Part shown: positions 50,001 through 62,064 of the stretch, one piece after another | Layout: each line of letters begins with the position of its first letter | Position numbering within the stretch: the stretch's first letter is position 1 | From: Mytilus californianus | Lineage: Eukaryota | Assembly (NCBI RefSeq): GCF_021869535.1 | Contig: NW_026262659.1 | Location: forward strand, 2,418,001-2,482,000 | Length of the DNA stretch: 64,000 bases | Reading direction: 5' to 3' | Notes under the pieces: model-generated | The model's input: the letters and a program-made list of their open reading frames with translations, nothing else | What the model was told of the DNA's origin: nothing | Databases searched by the model: none | Program-made: the position numbers and the translations under genes

Positions 50001-53000
50001 TTGTCGCAAAAGCGAGACATAGCGATCCTACATTCCGTCGGCGTCGTCGTCGTCGTCGTAGTCGTAGGCGGCGTCCACAAATATTCACTCTGTGGTTAAA
50101 GTTTTTGAAATTTTAATAACTTTCTTAAACTATCCTGCATTTCAACCAAACTTGGACAGAAGCTTGTTTATGATCATAAGATAGTATCCAGAAGTAAATT
50201 TTGTAAAAACAAAAATCCTGTTTATCCGTATTTTACTCATAAATGGACTTAGTTTTTCTGCCAGTTAACATTACATTCACTCTGTGGTGAAAGTTTTTCA
50301 AATTTTGATAACTTTCTTAAACTATTCTAGATTTGTACCAAACTTGGACAGAAGCTGGTTTATAATCAAAAGATAGTATTCAGAAGAAAATTTGGTAAAA
50401 AAAAACCCTGTTTGTCCGTTTTTTACTCACACATGGACTTAGTTTTTCTGCCAGTTAACATAACATTCACTCTGTGGTTAAAGTTTTTCAAATTTTAACA
50501 ACTTTCTTAAACTATCCTGGATTTGTACCACACTTGGACAGAAGCTTGTTTGTGATCATAAGATAGTATTCAAAAGTAAATTTTGTTAAAAAAAAATCCT
50601 GTTTATCCGTATTTTACTTATAAATGGACTTAGTTTTTCTGCCAGTTAACATTACATTCACTCTGTGGTTAAAGCTTTCAAAATTTTAATAACTTTCTTA
50701 AACTATCCTGGATTTGTACCAAACTTGGACAGAAGCTTGTTTATGATCAAAAGCTAGTATCTAGAAGGAAGTTTTTCCGTATATTACTTATAAATGGACT
50801 TATTTTTATTCCAGTTAACATTACGTACGGTCTGCAGTTAAAGTTTTTAAAACATTTATTAGATTCATAAACCTTCTTGGATTTTTACCAAACTTGAACA
50901 GAACTTCTTACAATCAAAAGACAGTATCTAGAGGAAAATTTTTAATATTTTTTCCCCATTTTTGTTGAGCCTGCGACTAACAGCAAAAGTAGGCGAGACA
51001 CTGGGTTCCGCGGAACCCTTACGAATTTTTTAACATGTACTGAACATGTCTGTTTGAACAAGAGCTTATGTAGACTTTTTTTTCTATGTACTGACTTCAT
51101 AAATAAACTGAATGTTCAACACTGCTGACTAACAGAGACATATATAACTGCACTGCTTAGAATTAAAACACACAGAACAGTAAATATTAGGTATGTCAAC
51201 GAGTACTCGAGTACCCGAGTATCGCTCGGTAGTACCGAGTATCGAATCGTTTTCCTGTTAGAATGTTGTTGTCTTCTTAAAGAAAAATGTTTTTGTTAAG
51301 ATCGCATCCCGGGAAATTGAATATTAATCAAAATTAAAATACGTTTCGAATGTTTGCGTGTAATTGTCATTTAAAATTCCCTAGAACAGATGTAAGTTAT
51401 GAACAAGAGCACATTTTCAGTGCTTACACTTTTAGCTAATCTGTATTATTCATTCCACCACCGCTGTGCCGTCAGAGCATACATTTTAATCAGCAGAACT
51501 GTTATATGCGTAACAAAGTCGAGAAGTCCCAGAAAATATTGAAAAGATAATATTTCTAAATAAGAACAAATTCGTTCCACACTATGTCAACTCTCCGAGA
51601 ATAGTTAAAGGCATCAGTAAGTTCTAATTATCACCCCTTTGTTGATCATTAAATATGTTTCTTTACGATTCCCAAATACTGTTGTTTGAGAAGTCATTTT
51701 ATATAGATGTTTATTAATTAATTGATTAGATTATTGCCAGTTTGCATAATTAGTACATGTAGTAAATGAGCTATTAATTATGGTATAAAATTCCTGGGAC
51801 TATTATCTTAACCTAGGTAATAATGTTGAATGTTTTGCGTCCATGAGACAACGTTAAATTGGTATAATTTTGTGTTTTCATTTTTGAAGATGATTTTCCG
51901 AGCGAGTACTCGAGTATCGCTCGGTAAATCCAACGAGTACTCGATTAGTAAATCCTCACCGAGTTGACATCCCTAGTAAATATCAAATGTCTATTGAACC
52001 TACTGCTTTGATCAACCTTACAGAGAATGAATACCTCCATTAAAACTGCCTTTGCTCCCCACTTGTGATGTGTTATTCTGGATAGACAAATAAACTTTTG
52101 TACTATAACTGTCAACAGTGACTCCTGGAAAATAATAACCTAACATGTATATGTGCATGATAGTAAACATATTAATACAATAATTCAATGTCTAGATTTT
52201 AATATCTATGGAGGATTGTGATTTTGAGTACTATCATTCAGCGAGAACTTTTCTTGAATTCATTATTTAAAGCAATTAAATGTATTTGGTGAAAGAAGCG
52301 CCAACAATAGTTCACCACACTTCAAGATATAATCTAAACGTCATGCTCATATGGAAAAAAACATGCCATATAGATTTATTTACCAAATCTTCTAACTCTC
52401 AATTAAATTACAAATTCTTCCGAGCCTACCCTATCCGCAACATTTACTGTTTTCAGTGTTCAATGTGAGAGGTAAGAACTTATTAAAAAAAAAGTAAAAA
52501 GGCTTCATTTGATACTTGCATCAGGATTGTTTTGAGAATTTCACCATAGTACCATTTTGTAGAGTTTTTATTGCTAATCACTAATATAATATATTATATG
52601 TTTGCAGTGTCTGTTCATCCTTTATACCTTACAAGATTAAAGCCAAAAATCCCTCATTTTAAAGAAATAATTCCCACAAGGAGCCAAGTTTCAGTCATTA
52701 TTGATATTTTTGTAGATCTTAAATTGCTGACTGATTTTGCCGATTAATTTATAGTTTTTTTCTATCTATTATAATATTCAAGTTCAAGAAAAAGATCCAT
52801 TACCGACCACAATCGTCATGTAACTCTTAACTTAAACTACATAATTCATGCATGTGCACATAGAGAATAGTCAGATCTTTACATTCTGAGCAATTATCTC
52901 TCGTCAGATGTTTTGTATCTATCATGGTTTCCAAGACCTTTAAAAATGACCTGCAATTACCCTTATGTTTTGTTTTAAGCCATAGAGGTCATGTTAGTTG

Positions 53001-56000
53001 ATGATATGGACCCAGATCAGCATTATCCTTTGTGGCAATCGGATCCATATTTTACTTTCGAATTGCATTAAACAATGTGTAATTGCTCCTCGGGATTTAA
53101 TTTGGATCCCTCTGCAGATTTCGGATAGGGATACCCGGTGTGCATTAGATATCTGATGGTTATGTCTATGTGTTGTTGTCTCACTGACGTATACCACCTG
53201 TCCTCTGTCATTCATATTCAAGTTTTACACAAAATAGCAGTGTGTCTGATTCTTTCACCTTCCGCTTGCGTTGTTGTCGCAGTACTGTTTACACATCCCA
53301 CCACACGATCACATCTGAAAAAATAAATTTGAAAATAACAATAGTTAATAGCTGAGCTGAAGAGTTTGTCATACCCATAAACAACCACGTATTTGCTAAA
53401 ACGGGTAAATGCTATATTTTTTTACTTGCACGTGTTCCTATATGAGTATAGAAAGGACAGTCTTTAACATATTCAAACTTAGGTTATGACAATTAACATA
53501 CCGTTTGATTTAATGTTGAATTTCTGAAGAGAACGTTTTTGAAGCATGGTGAGCATTATCGCCATATCCCTTCTTTTTCCATACCATTACAAATTATTTC
53601 TACATGGTTACACTAAGTTTAGAAATGTAATTATGATTAAAACGCGTGTTTTGATAGATAAAGACGCTAAAAAATGCATTAAAAGAGGGACGAAAGATAC
53701 CAGAGGGACAGTCAAACTCATAGATCGAAAACAAACTGACAACGCAATGGCCAAAAATAAAAAGACAAACAGACAAATAATAGTACAGATGACACAACAT
53801 AGAAAACTTAAGACTAAGCAACACGAACCCCACCAAAACCTGGGGGTGATCTCAGGTGCTCCGGAAGGGTAAGCAGATCCTGCTTCACATGTGGCACCCG
53901 TCGTGTTGCTTATGTTATTACAAATCCGGTAAATAGTCTAATTCGGTAGGTCACATTCGTGAAATGGGAAGGGCATTAGATTATTGCCTCTCATACTTAG
54001 ATTTTATTCCTTGTCTGGGTTTGGCTATTATTTTGGTTCCTTTTGATTTTATTAGCTCTTCAATTGTTCTATTGTTTTATTTTAAATATTTTGACGTCGA
54101 GCGTCACCGAAGAGACATTAATTGTCATATTGCGCATCTAGTGCAGTTAATTTGGTACTGTTAATGTTAGTATGAACACCTACTCTATAAAATAACTCTT
54201 CATTTCAATGACTTTCCAGTCTAAGGTTTAAAAGAGGTATAGCGATAATTTTCACTAAATTTATTCGTACCAGTCCCATTTTTAAAAATCGTTTCAATTC
54301 TACTTAAATTCATGGAAAAAAAGCTCTATGTTTGTACTTCGAGACTACAACAATATTTTTTCTAATTACACAGATCATAGAATTATACACGCTTGGATAG
54401 AGAACTTTTCATTAAAAGTAATTAAAAGTTTGAAGTATAGTGTATAGTAAAGTTTAGTTGCACTTTTCCAGAGTTAAATGGACATGTATAAAATTTGATA
54501 GAACATGTACAAATTTCATACATGTCCAATTAACTCTTGACAAGTGCAACTAAACTATACTATACACTATACTTAAAACTTTAAATTACTTTTAATGAAA
54601 AGTTCTCTATAACAAAAAGCTGTAAACTGCAATTTTGCAGATGTTGGTAAATATTGATTATTTATACAAAATATGTCCACGGAGTACTTCCTTTACCAAA
54701 ACAAAGTTATGTTGGAACTAAAGCTTCACATTCTGTCTTTCGAATACCCATTAATACCGATTGTTTAGCGAAATCCATCGATGAATATTTGAAATATATC
54801 ATATGGACTCTTCAATATTCAACTTTGACATATTTTAGATTTTGATCATATGGGTGAATTAAATAATCTCTTTCCTTAAGCTTTAATGTTAACAATTGTT
54901 CAACCTGGCGGGAACTCAATTGTGATTCCGCTAACACGACAATATTTACAGTACGGTTACAATAAGATATCAGTTCAATTCTATAACCTATTTTGTTTTA
55001 CTTAAAGTTAATCATATTCGTATTTTGTCTTTCCATATTGCTTTTATGGGGCGTTGTAGCTCTCCGTACGGCATTGTCCGATGCAGGTAGTGCCTTATTT
55101 AACAGGAATATTGAGCGACTAAATGATATTTCACTATTACAGCACATTTTACGATTTACATACATAAACGAAAATTTGACCATACATAAACTAAAACATG
55201 ATACATATTTTAGTAAGCATAATACGTGTATTCATAAAACAGTTCATCTTAAAGAAAAAGAACTAGTCAGAAAAAAATCGTCAAACGTGTTTACATGTTG
55301 ACAAAAGCAAAGTCAATTAAGAAAATAGTTTTATAAACAAACCTTTGAATAGAGGTACAGTCAATTAAACAGATTCCTCTGCATTTTCTCCCCCATGTTC
55401 CAGGTGAGCAAGGTTTGCAAGGTAAATCGTCTACAGCCTTGTATCCAACATCACATTCTAGTTACGGATAAAGTATAATATAAAAAAAAACAGACTTAAA
55501 AAGATATGGTTGATTAACAAAGAGGTCATATAGAACTAAGTACAGATTTTTGCTAAAATTTCACATTATATATTATGTCGTATAGTTCAATTCTTCACAG
55601 TGGGGGGCGCTTAAAATGATCAATTGGTGACACTACAAAAGTCAAAAAGTCTGAAAAGACCAGTTATTGGCTGAATTTGCATGAATTTTTACTCGACATT
55701 CTTAATTTGTCTAAATAATTTTTAAAAATTCTTGACATAGTATGAATTTGTCTAAGAAGGTTCTTGATTTTTCTTGACAAGTGTCTTGACAGTATGAACA
55801 TTGTCTTAAAATTTCTCGACACTTCCTGTATCATCTGATAAGAGTCTGGATTAGTCTCGACCAATTCTTGACTGTCTTAAATTTGTCTCGATCTGTCTTG
55901 ACATATTCTTGACATTCTTAATAATGTCTGAATATGTCTCGACATATTCTTGACATTCTAGATAATGTCTGAATATGTCTCGACACATTCTTGACAGTCT

Positions 56001-59000
56001 TAAATATGTCTTGACACTATCTCAACAGTATAAATTTTGCCTGAAATATGAACAGACTTATTCTGCACTGTTTATGACATTCTATTGCTGTTATTTACTC
56101 CTTTTTATTATGGCTAAACTAAACTTTGAAGAATCAAGGATCAATTTGGTATAGTAAGATACCCTTTTGGTGCAACTAAGTTGGAATACCCTGAATAATT
56201 CCCCATGTAGTTTAATTTTGATTTATTTTTATTAAACATTTAATTAATTGTTTTCACTTGGAATATAAGTCAAAGTTACTAACAAACAGCATTTAGATTT
56301 TTGCAGTTCGCAAAACTGCCAGTCAAATTTGCTTTACTAAAATAGGTGTCTTATAGGCAGTTTTAAAATGTGACCATGTCTCTTTTGGACCCCACAATTC
56401 ATCTTTTGGGTTTATGTGGATAAAAAAGGAGGGGGGGGGGGGAGGCTTTCGTTTAGGTCAAAGAATTTGTTCCCATCTTTATTCAAAAACCTTATTCATT
56501 TTTTAGAACAACCCAAAAACATTTTTTATTCAAATTTGAGTGTTGAATTTTATAATTTTTTATCAAAAATAAATATTTGTGATAACTCCTTCCTGAAAAG
56601 AAAAAAATGTTTAGATCTATATTATGCATGTCTGTTTGTGAACCATTTCATAAGACCGATGATTTCTATAGAAATCATTGATGGGACCCATTATAAATAC
56701 ATTTTTTTTATTATTCCTGGAGTAGATAATAATTTTCCTTTAATCTTTGGGAATTATTCAATTTGTTTTTATGTTAAAATAATTAACTTCATAATTTTGA
56801 TGAAAAAAATCCCTTTTAATTCAATTTTTTTTCATCAAAATGATGATTTTCATTTTCATCTATCAACAAATTTTTTAAATTGTAGTGGCATGTTCGGTCA
56901 ACTGATAAGTGGTATGGCTGATTACAGGTAAAGCAGTAATTTCTATTTGACAGTTGCGTGTACTCTTGGGTGTGGAATACCTTAATTTTATGGGGAATAT
57001 CCTGTCCATGTGTAATACTTAATATATATATTCCAACAGATGACATTACACAAATTTTTCTTCTGTTAAATGAATGATTTGTATATCATCATAATTTGCT
57101 ATTTATATAAACCACATTTTGGTATAATAATTATTTACCATATCAACATTGAATATTATGAATGTAGAATTAAATATGTCTACAGTATGATTGGTTTTAA
57201 TCATTTAATTTATAAGATTTAGGAATCAAAATTTGTAATTATTTAAAAACCCACATTCAAATTGTTTTATATCAACACACCCACATTTGAATTATTTTAT
57301 ACTTTAGATTTCATAGCCATATTGGCATTTGTAAAAATATTTATATACCCAAATTTTCAATTATTTTACATGCCCAACTTTTATTTTTGTTGTAAGAAGT
57401 GTAACTTGGAACAACAGTATATCATATAAAGAGAAATAAAGATTAAAGTTATATCATGAATATTGGTCATGATTTGTAAAACTCCTAACTGTCAAGTAAA
57501 TTTAAGACACAATTCAAAATGTTCAGAATATGTCAATCCATACTGAGAAAAAATAAGAATGTCGAGAATATGTCGAGAAATATCAAGACAGTATTCAAAT
57601 ATCAAGAATTTGTCAAGAAATTTTAAGACCATATTCAGAATGTCGAGAATATGTCGAGTAAATTTCATACAAATTTAATATAAATGAGAATTTGTCAAGA
57701 AAAATTAAGACACGAGTCATACTTTTGGAGAATGTCGAGTAAAAGTTCATGCAAATCAAGACAAAAACTGGTCTTTTCAGACTTTTAGACTTTTGTAGTG
57801 TGAAGATCGGTATTTTTTATTCTTTTTCTTCTTCCATTACCTTGTCCATGATATTATTATAATCATCAATCAACATCATCAGCACCATTAATTCATTTCC
57901 TTAAGGCAATTAAGTTTATTCAAATTCCATAGTAGATATAAATACTTGCATGATTGAATATTGTCTCTTACCTGTGCAGATGCCATTCTTTTCTTCGTGA
58001 TTGTTACAACAAAACCATTCCATTTTGCCATTTCTAATTATACACAAAGATAACACTCAATTACAAAATATAAAATGGTAAATTCTATGTGAGCGTTGTA
58101 GAAACATTAGTATATGAAAATGATATAATTTGAAACGTTTACGGGCGCCATCACGACTTGCTTGACAGAAATAATGAGTTTTTTTTTGAATAATGACGCA
58201 CCAGGTCTTAAATTCTGCTTAAATGTTAAAGAAGTCACTGTTACAAAATGCCACCTTTGGGTAAAGTTTTGGTCTGATGCTCGCTCGAATAGCCATATTC
58301 ACAATTTGATTACGAGTGTTATAAAACATTAAAACATAACGAAAAAACTCAAGTAACGACTTATAGACGATATATAGTATTCATAAGACTAATTTTTGAA
58401 TATGCAACTGAGTTTTGGGATAATTAAGGGAAAGAATGTGCTTATAAACTGGAATGTTTGCCATAGGAAGCTGCTAGACTAGTTACTGGTTTAACTATAT
58501 TTCCGCGAACCGAAAGTATGTGTGAAGAAGTTGACTGGGAAACTTAAGCTGACTAGAGGAGAAGACGAAAATTACAAATGTTTTATAATATTCAATATAA
58601 ACAAGCTCCGGATTATCTATGCAATCTTGTTACTCTGTGTACAGAGCACAACTGTATATCCTTTGCGAAATGGCAATGCTATTATTGTTCCTTTTTGTAT
58701 AAAAATCAGGAGATGTGGTATAATTGCCAATGAGATTACTATCCACCAAAATTCATATGAAGTGGATGTAAGCAAATATAGGCAACCGTATGGCCTTCAA
58801 CAATGAAAAAATCCATACCGTATAGTTTATCAATAACTAAATCGGTTATCCAATAAACTATAAGACTATACAATAATAATGATTAGTCCCTTTGAAAAAC
58901 ACGTCCACTTGTATTTGTAGTATTTGTATTTTTATCCATCTGATGAGTTAAGCCTCTTTCATCTGATTTTTATAGTTCGTTCTTATGTTGTACTGTTACA

Positions 59001-61460
59001 CCACTGTCCCATTCTGTATGTATGTGCCTGTCCCAAGTCAGGAGCCTGTAATTCAGTGGTTGTCGTTTGATTATGTGTTACATAAAATTGAGAATGGAAA
59101 TGTGGAATGTGTCAAAGAGACAACAACCCGACCATAGAGCAGACAACAGCCGAAGGCCACCAATGGGTCTTCAATGCAGCGAGAAACTCCCGCACCCGGA
59201 GGTGTCCTTCAGCTGGCCCCTAAACAAATATGTATACTAGTTCAGTGATAATGGACGTCATACTAAACTCCAAATTATACACAAGAAACTAAAATTAAAA
59301 ATGATACAAGACTAACAAAGGCCAGAGGCTCCTGACTTGGGACAGGCGCAAAAATGCGGCGGGGTTAAACATGTTTTTTGAGATCTCAACCCTCCCCCTA
59401 TACCTCTAGCCAATGTAGAAAAACAAACGTACAACAGTACGCACAGTAAAACTATTTGTTTTTCGTTGATTTTTTGTACATAAATTAGGCCGTTAGTTTT
59501 CTCGTTTGAATTGTTTTACATTGTCATTTCGGGGCCTTTTATAGTTGACTGTACGGTGTGGGCTTTGCTCATTGTTGAAGGCCGTACGGTGACCTATAAT
59601 TGTTAATTTCTGTGTCATTTGGTCTCTTGTGGAGAGTTGTCTCATTGGCAATCATACCACATCTTTTTTATATCTATCTCAAAATTTAAACTCCAATTAA
59701 AAGGCTAAATACTATAGATACATAAAGATGTACCTAAGCTCTATTTATATGGACCGAGGACATTCATACATTACGGATATGTTCCTCTAATCTTAGCCAA
59801 AATCTCGCCTTTTTTCAAGTTTTATTTTGACACACAGAATGCATCTTATCATCGAAATTTTACTTGCGATAAGAAGCACGGCGGGTGCCAATAGTTGAGC
59901 AGGAAATGCTTACCTTTCGGATCACCTGACTTCACAGACAGTTCGGGTTGTTCAATTTGGTTTTTATGTATGATGGTTTGTGGATTTGGTTTTCTGTTCG
60001 CCTAAATCTTTAACTGTCTGTTTTTCCTTGCCAGACGTCTTAATTGGTCCTTTCACCTCTTTTTAGAAAGTGCCCGAAACAATTTTATATTGCAATTTGT
60101 AGAAAAAGTTAAGAAAGAAGAAAATAATTAAAACAATTTGTTTTTTTTTATCTGGTTTGTTTGTTTACTATTTCTAGCAAAGAGTAGCATTGGAGTAAAC
60201 AGGTGTGCACGATTACAGGCAATTGAACTTTTATCATGACGTTTGTTCAAACAGGGCCAATTTCTACACAGTTTCCCGTGCAGTATTAAAATTCACAGTA
60301 TGATAGCTTCGTTAATGTACTTTTAGTTTCTAAAAACATTATGGCGTACACACTGGGTAAATTTTGAAAGAATAGTTTAAGTGATAAAGCATGATTTGAT
60401 AGGAAGGACATCTCCAAACAACACAAAAATTAATATTTTTTTGTCTTTTAGATCCATTCATGTCGTTAAGGACTTTCTTCAATGTGCATTTTGCAGAATC
60501 ATGTGAAATTTGTTGTAATGTCTAAACGGTCTTCAACAATAGTAACTAGGGCTGAATACAATTTCAATTTTATGGATGCGTGCAAAATTATTGTTAAATC
60601 TTTAATGTCCCACGACCCAAGAAAGTCATAAAAAATGACCCCAGACGTCAAGGAAACGTTAGACTAGACTCTTCATTGATCATATTCCATGAGGTTATTT
60701 TTTACAACTTTTGGGTTTCGACCCCATCATTGAAACAAATTCAGGTGAAATCGGTCCTACCTCTTTCATTTTCGTTTTAATTTGTCTGCTTGAATTAACA
60801 GAACACCACTAGTGTATGATATTTTCACGCATGAGTACTTTGTGTAACGATAATGCCAAGTTTGCTCATAGAAGGAATTAATAACTCAGAGACATCACAT
60901 TATAACAACGGTATGTATCCCAAAATTGTCCAGGTATTGGGCATGCGATAATCTGACGATACAAAGGGGTCGTCATACTGGTGTTTTCACTTCAATATTA
61001 AGAAACATAAAGGCTGTTGACAATTCACTCAGATAAATGAATACAACGAATCAATCATAGTGCATTGTTATATTTTATGTACAATATTACATTCATGAAT
61101 TGTAATACATTGTTCACCAAGAACACTGCAGGAGATGCTTATTCTGGTGTCTCTTCATTTGATCGTGTGATGCAATCTCTACTCAGTCTCATATTGGTTT
61201 GTACCTTGATATCTGATATCTGAACTGACAAGCGTGTATGGTGCATGCGTAGCAGGATATGCTTAATTTCCCGTATTCAGGACTGCTGTTCATGTGAATC
61301 ATAATATTTCCCACATTAGCTGTTTGCACCTTGAAATATCTTTGTTTTTACATTCTTGTCTACGAAGTGCCGTTTTTGTAAATCATCTTTACCTTGTCCT
61401 GTGACATTGGTCACCGTTCACATGTAAACACATCCACCAAAATAAAATGAAAAATCTCAT
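41005..61460 (-). CDS. 288-aa type I membrane protein: signal peptide, short Cys-rich EGF-like ectodomain, TM helix, Tyr-motif-rich tail (MEGF10/Draper-like miniature); join(61460-61393,58033-57972,55457-55343,53314-53259,41570-41005)
   Basis: Five GT-AG exons (68+62+115+56+566=867 nt) splice in phase: MRFFILFWWMCLHVNG-DQCHRTRNGKMEWFCCNNHEEKNGICTECDVGY..CKPCSPGTWGRKCRGICLIDC..RCDRVVGCV..IIYTVGGGSFVIVVTICTMCLCYK..YYDRV..YLEP..YIEP..YLNPY..YET*. Confidence 0.82.
41893..42190 (+). mobile_element. tRNA-derived SINE with conserved central domain; its 3' tail is split by the LTR element
   Basis: tRNA-like head (ggtggtctcgtggtagcgtg..ggtttgacccc) and central ttaaattggtatttgtttcttctccgct. The tail seems to resume after 49801 (cattggaagttacac). 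Family assignment is by recall. Confidence 0.6.
42965..46865 (+). pseudogene. Disrupted gag-protease: N-terminal helix-hairpin-helix, long Q/H/P-rich and RS-rich region, capsid-like domain, CCHC knuckle, aspartic protease
   Basis: KINTCPEVVLKCMPGIGNAIGNRI (HhH-like); PKTHRYSGKGNWKAF..WTDEQKREQL..RFG..ETLEEWSERVLTLATRAY (gag); CFNCHKQGHYVKD; LALVDS.SEVTI..DMILGCDF. Apparent frameshifts at ~43320, ~44900, ~46266 and ~46481; TAA at 45018 and 46863. Confidence 0.82.
46929..48137 (+). CDS. Intact 402-aa orphan ORF of the LTR element: Cys/His-containing helical domain, acidic linker with KKRK, C-terminal ubiquitin-like fold (predicted by eye)
   Basis: Uninterrupted ORF in the same frame as the protease, separated from it only by TAA 46863-46865 plus 21 open codons. 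No RT/RH/IN motifs. Confidence 0.6.
   Translation: MMASTSTQESDERGIQDKPDQCRDSRDQCCINKVESRENLGFYTCPKSGEREKTCVQSLTDRRYPVKNCPVVVDRRDVKKHCFEEHLSEIFQTYHSKRLMEDSRFHQHRAYVVMLIAKWLTGQETVTAKDLVNFLNDKSFVPRSTHVTGIQMQIHRTVCKEMGWTDYFRYSLRPVNSPACLLNWRVLTSLLNFLTPEQQNMVAEGFNYNPGNPPDPEELAEMNASFWPAFVNKTQVESAILQKEGEEDNVQSEQEERTIVMDKIEEIHYESESSNTDTSSKKRKLQSNIADNDTDAHYTPENETAILLGRQVSQLVKSQVEPSSSQLKPIQSPQVPILVVIQYEGLQCIARVSSMAELYNVVTERFPESGNVSLICEGTVLDDSVCFDLLGHRPHIEVRRLQ
48460..48885 (-). repeat. Dispersed repeat (aaaattgagaatggaaat family) inserted in the 3' region of the LTR element
   Basis: Reverse complement of 17330-17612 and 59085-59450. Confidence 0.8.
49980..51030 (+). mobile_element. Helentron-associated non-autonomous element (DINE-1/pearl-like) with (GTC)n and ~190-bp internal tandem repeats
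   Basis: TTTTGT(C/T)GAGCCTGCGAC at both ends, GTC microsatellite ~50040-50065, cactctgtgg units at 50087/50279/50469/50659, 3' hairpin GGGTTCCGCGGAACCC (51003-51018) followed by a T-run. Confidence 0.75.
51188..51975. mobile_element. hAT-type MITE
   Basis: GTAAATAT|TAGGTATGTCAAC...GTTGACATCCCTA|GTAAATAT: perfect 8-bp TSD and subterminal CGAGTA repeats. Confidence 0.85.
54099..54145 (+). other. Inactivated hammerhead-like motif of a second family
   Basis: gagcgtca-CCGAAGA-gac attaatt gtc-ATAT-tgcgca-tc-tagtg: same layout as 27385-27426 but with both core strands mutated. Confidence 0.45.
54397..54610. repeat. ~210-bp near-perfect palindrome (fold-back MITE-like)
   Basis: atagagaacttttcattaaaagtaatt...aattacttttaatgaaaagttctctat, with pairing continuing to a short central loop. 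Confidence 0.8.
55631..57800. mobile_element. Non-autonomous CACTA (CMC/EnSpm-like) element with long repeat-built inverted arms
   Basis: TGA|CACTACAAAAGTC...GACTTTTGTAGTG|TGA: 3-bp TSD; arms of ~300-420 bp made of TCTYGACA / TGTCRAGA subrepeats; AT-rich non-coding centre. Confidence 0.85.
58900..59672. repeat. Nested dispersed repeats: aaaattgagaatgg family (59085-59450,+) inserted in a gatgtggtatg-family copy (-)
   Basis: The host copy resumes (tatttgtttttcgtt) right after the insert. Confidence 0.75.
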
Positions 61461-62064
61461 GCTTTGAAAACAGCCATTGCTATTATACAAGGAAATATTT
61501 ATAGCATTGAAGTATCATTAAGTGCCGAATTGGTATTTGTTCTCATTTTTTATATTGTATCCGGAGGAAAGAAAACATCCTGTCTGCAGAATTCTACGTT
61601 AAAAATGACGCTATTTGTACAATGAAATTAAATGTTGCCTGGTAACGAAAATTCTTTAGAAAATGAGTTTTGATTTTTACAAATTTTAAATTCAATTTTG
61701 ATTTGAAAAATAAATATAAAAGAATAGAAATCATGACACAAGGTTTAAACGAAGGTACTATATATATAGTTTGTTATGATTATATATTTGGAAAGTTTTC
61801 TATAATTGGTATTAATTACTTGTTTTATTGTAGTGCACTCTTTAAACATATCTACAGGTAAAATGGTGCTATAAATAGATTATTTACATTACCTTATATG
61901 AAAGTAAGTTAAGCATATCACTACCGTAGATGACAGTAGAGACAGATTACTTACCGATATACGTAATATTTTATATATCATGAATAGACACGCAAATGAA
62001 GTAATGTTGTTCTAAAGAAAGTGCATGGACTCAAGTACTCGCTGAATCACGTTCATAATTCATT

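Noticed and set aside
49885-50088. Poly-Arg ORF
   Set aside because: Translation of the (GTC)n microsatellite in the Helentron-type element.
56416-56931. 171-aa ORF inside the CACTA element
   Set aside because: F/I/N/K-rich composition typical of AT-rich non-coding DNA; no transposase motifs.
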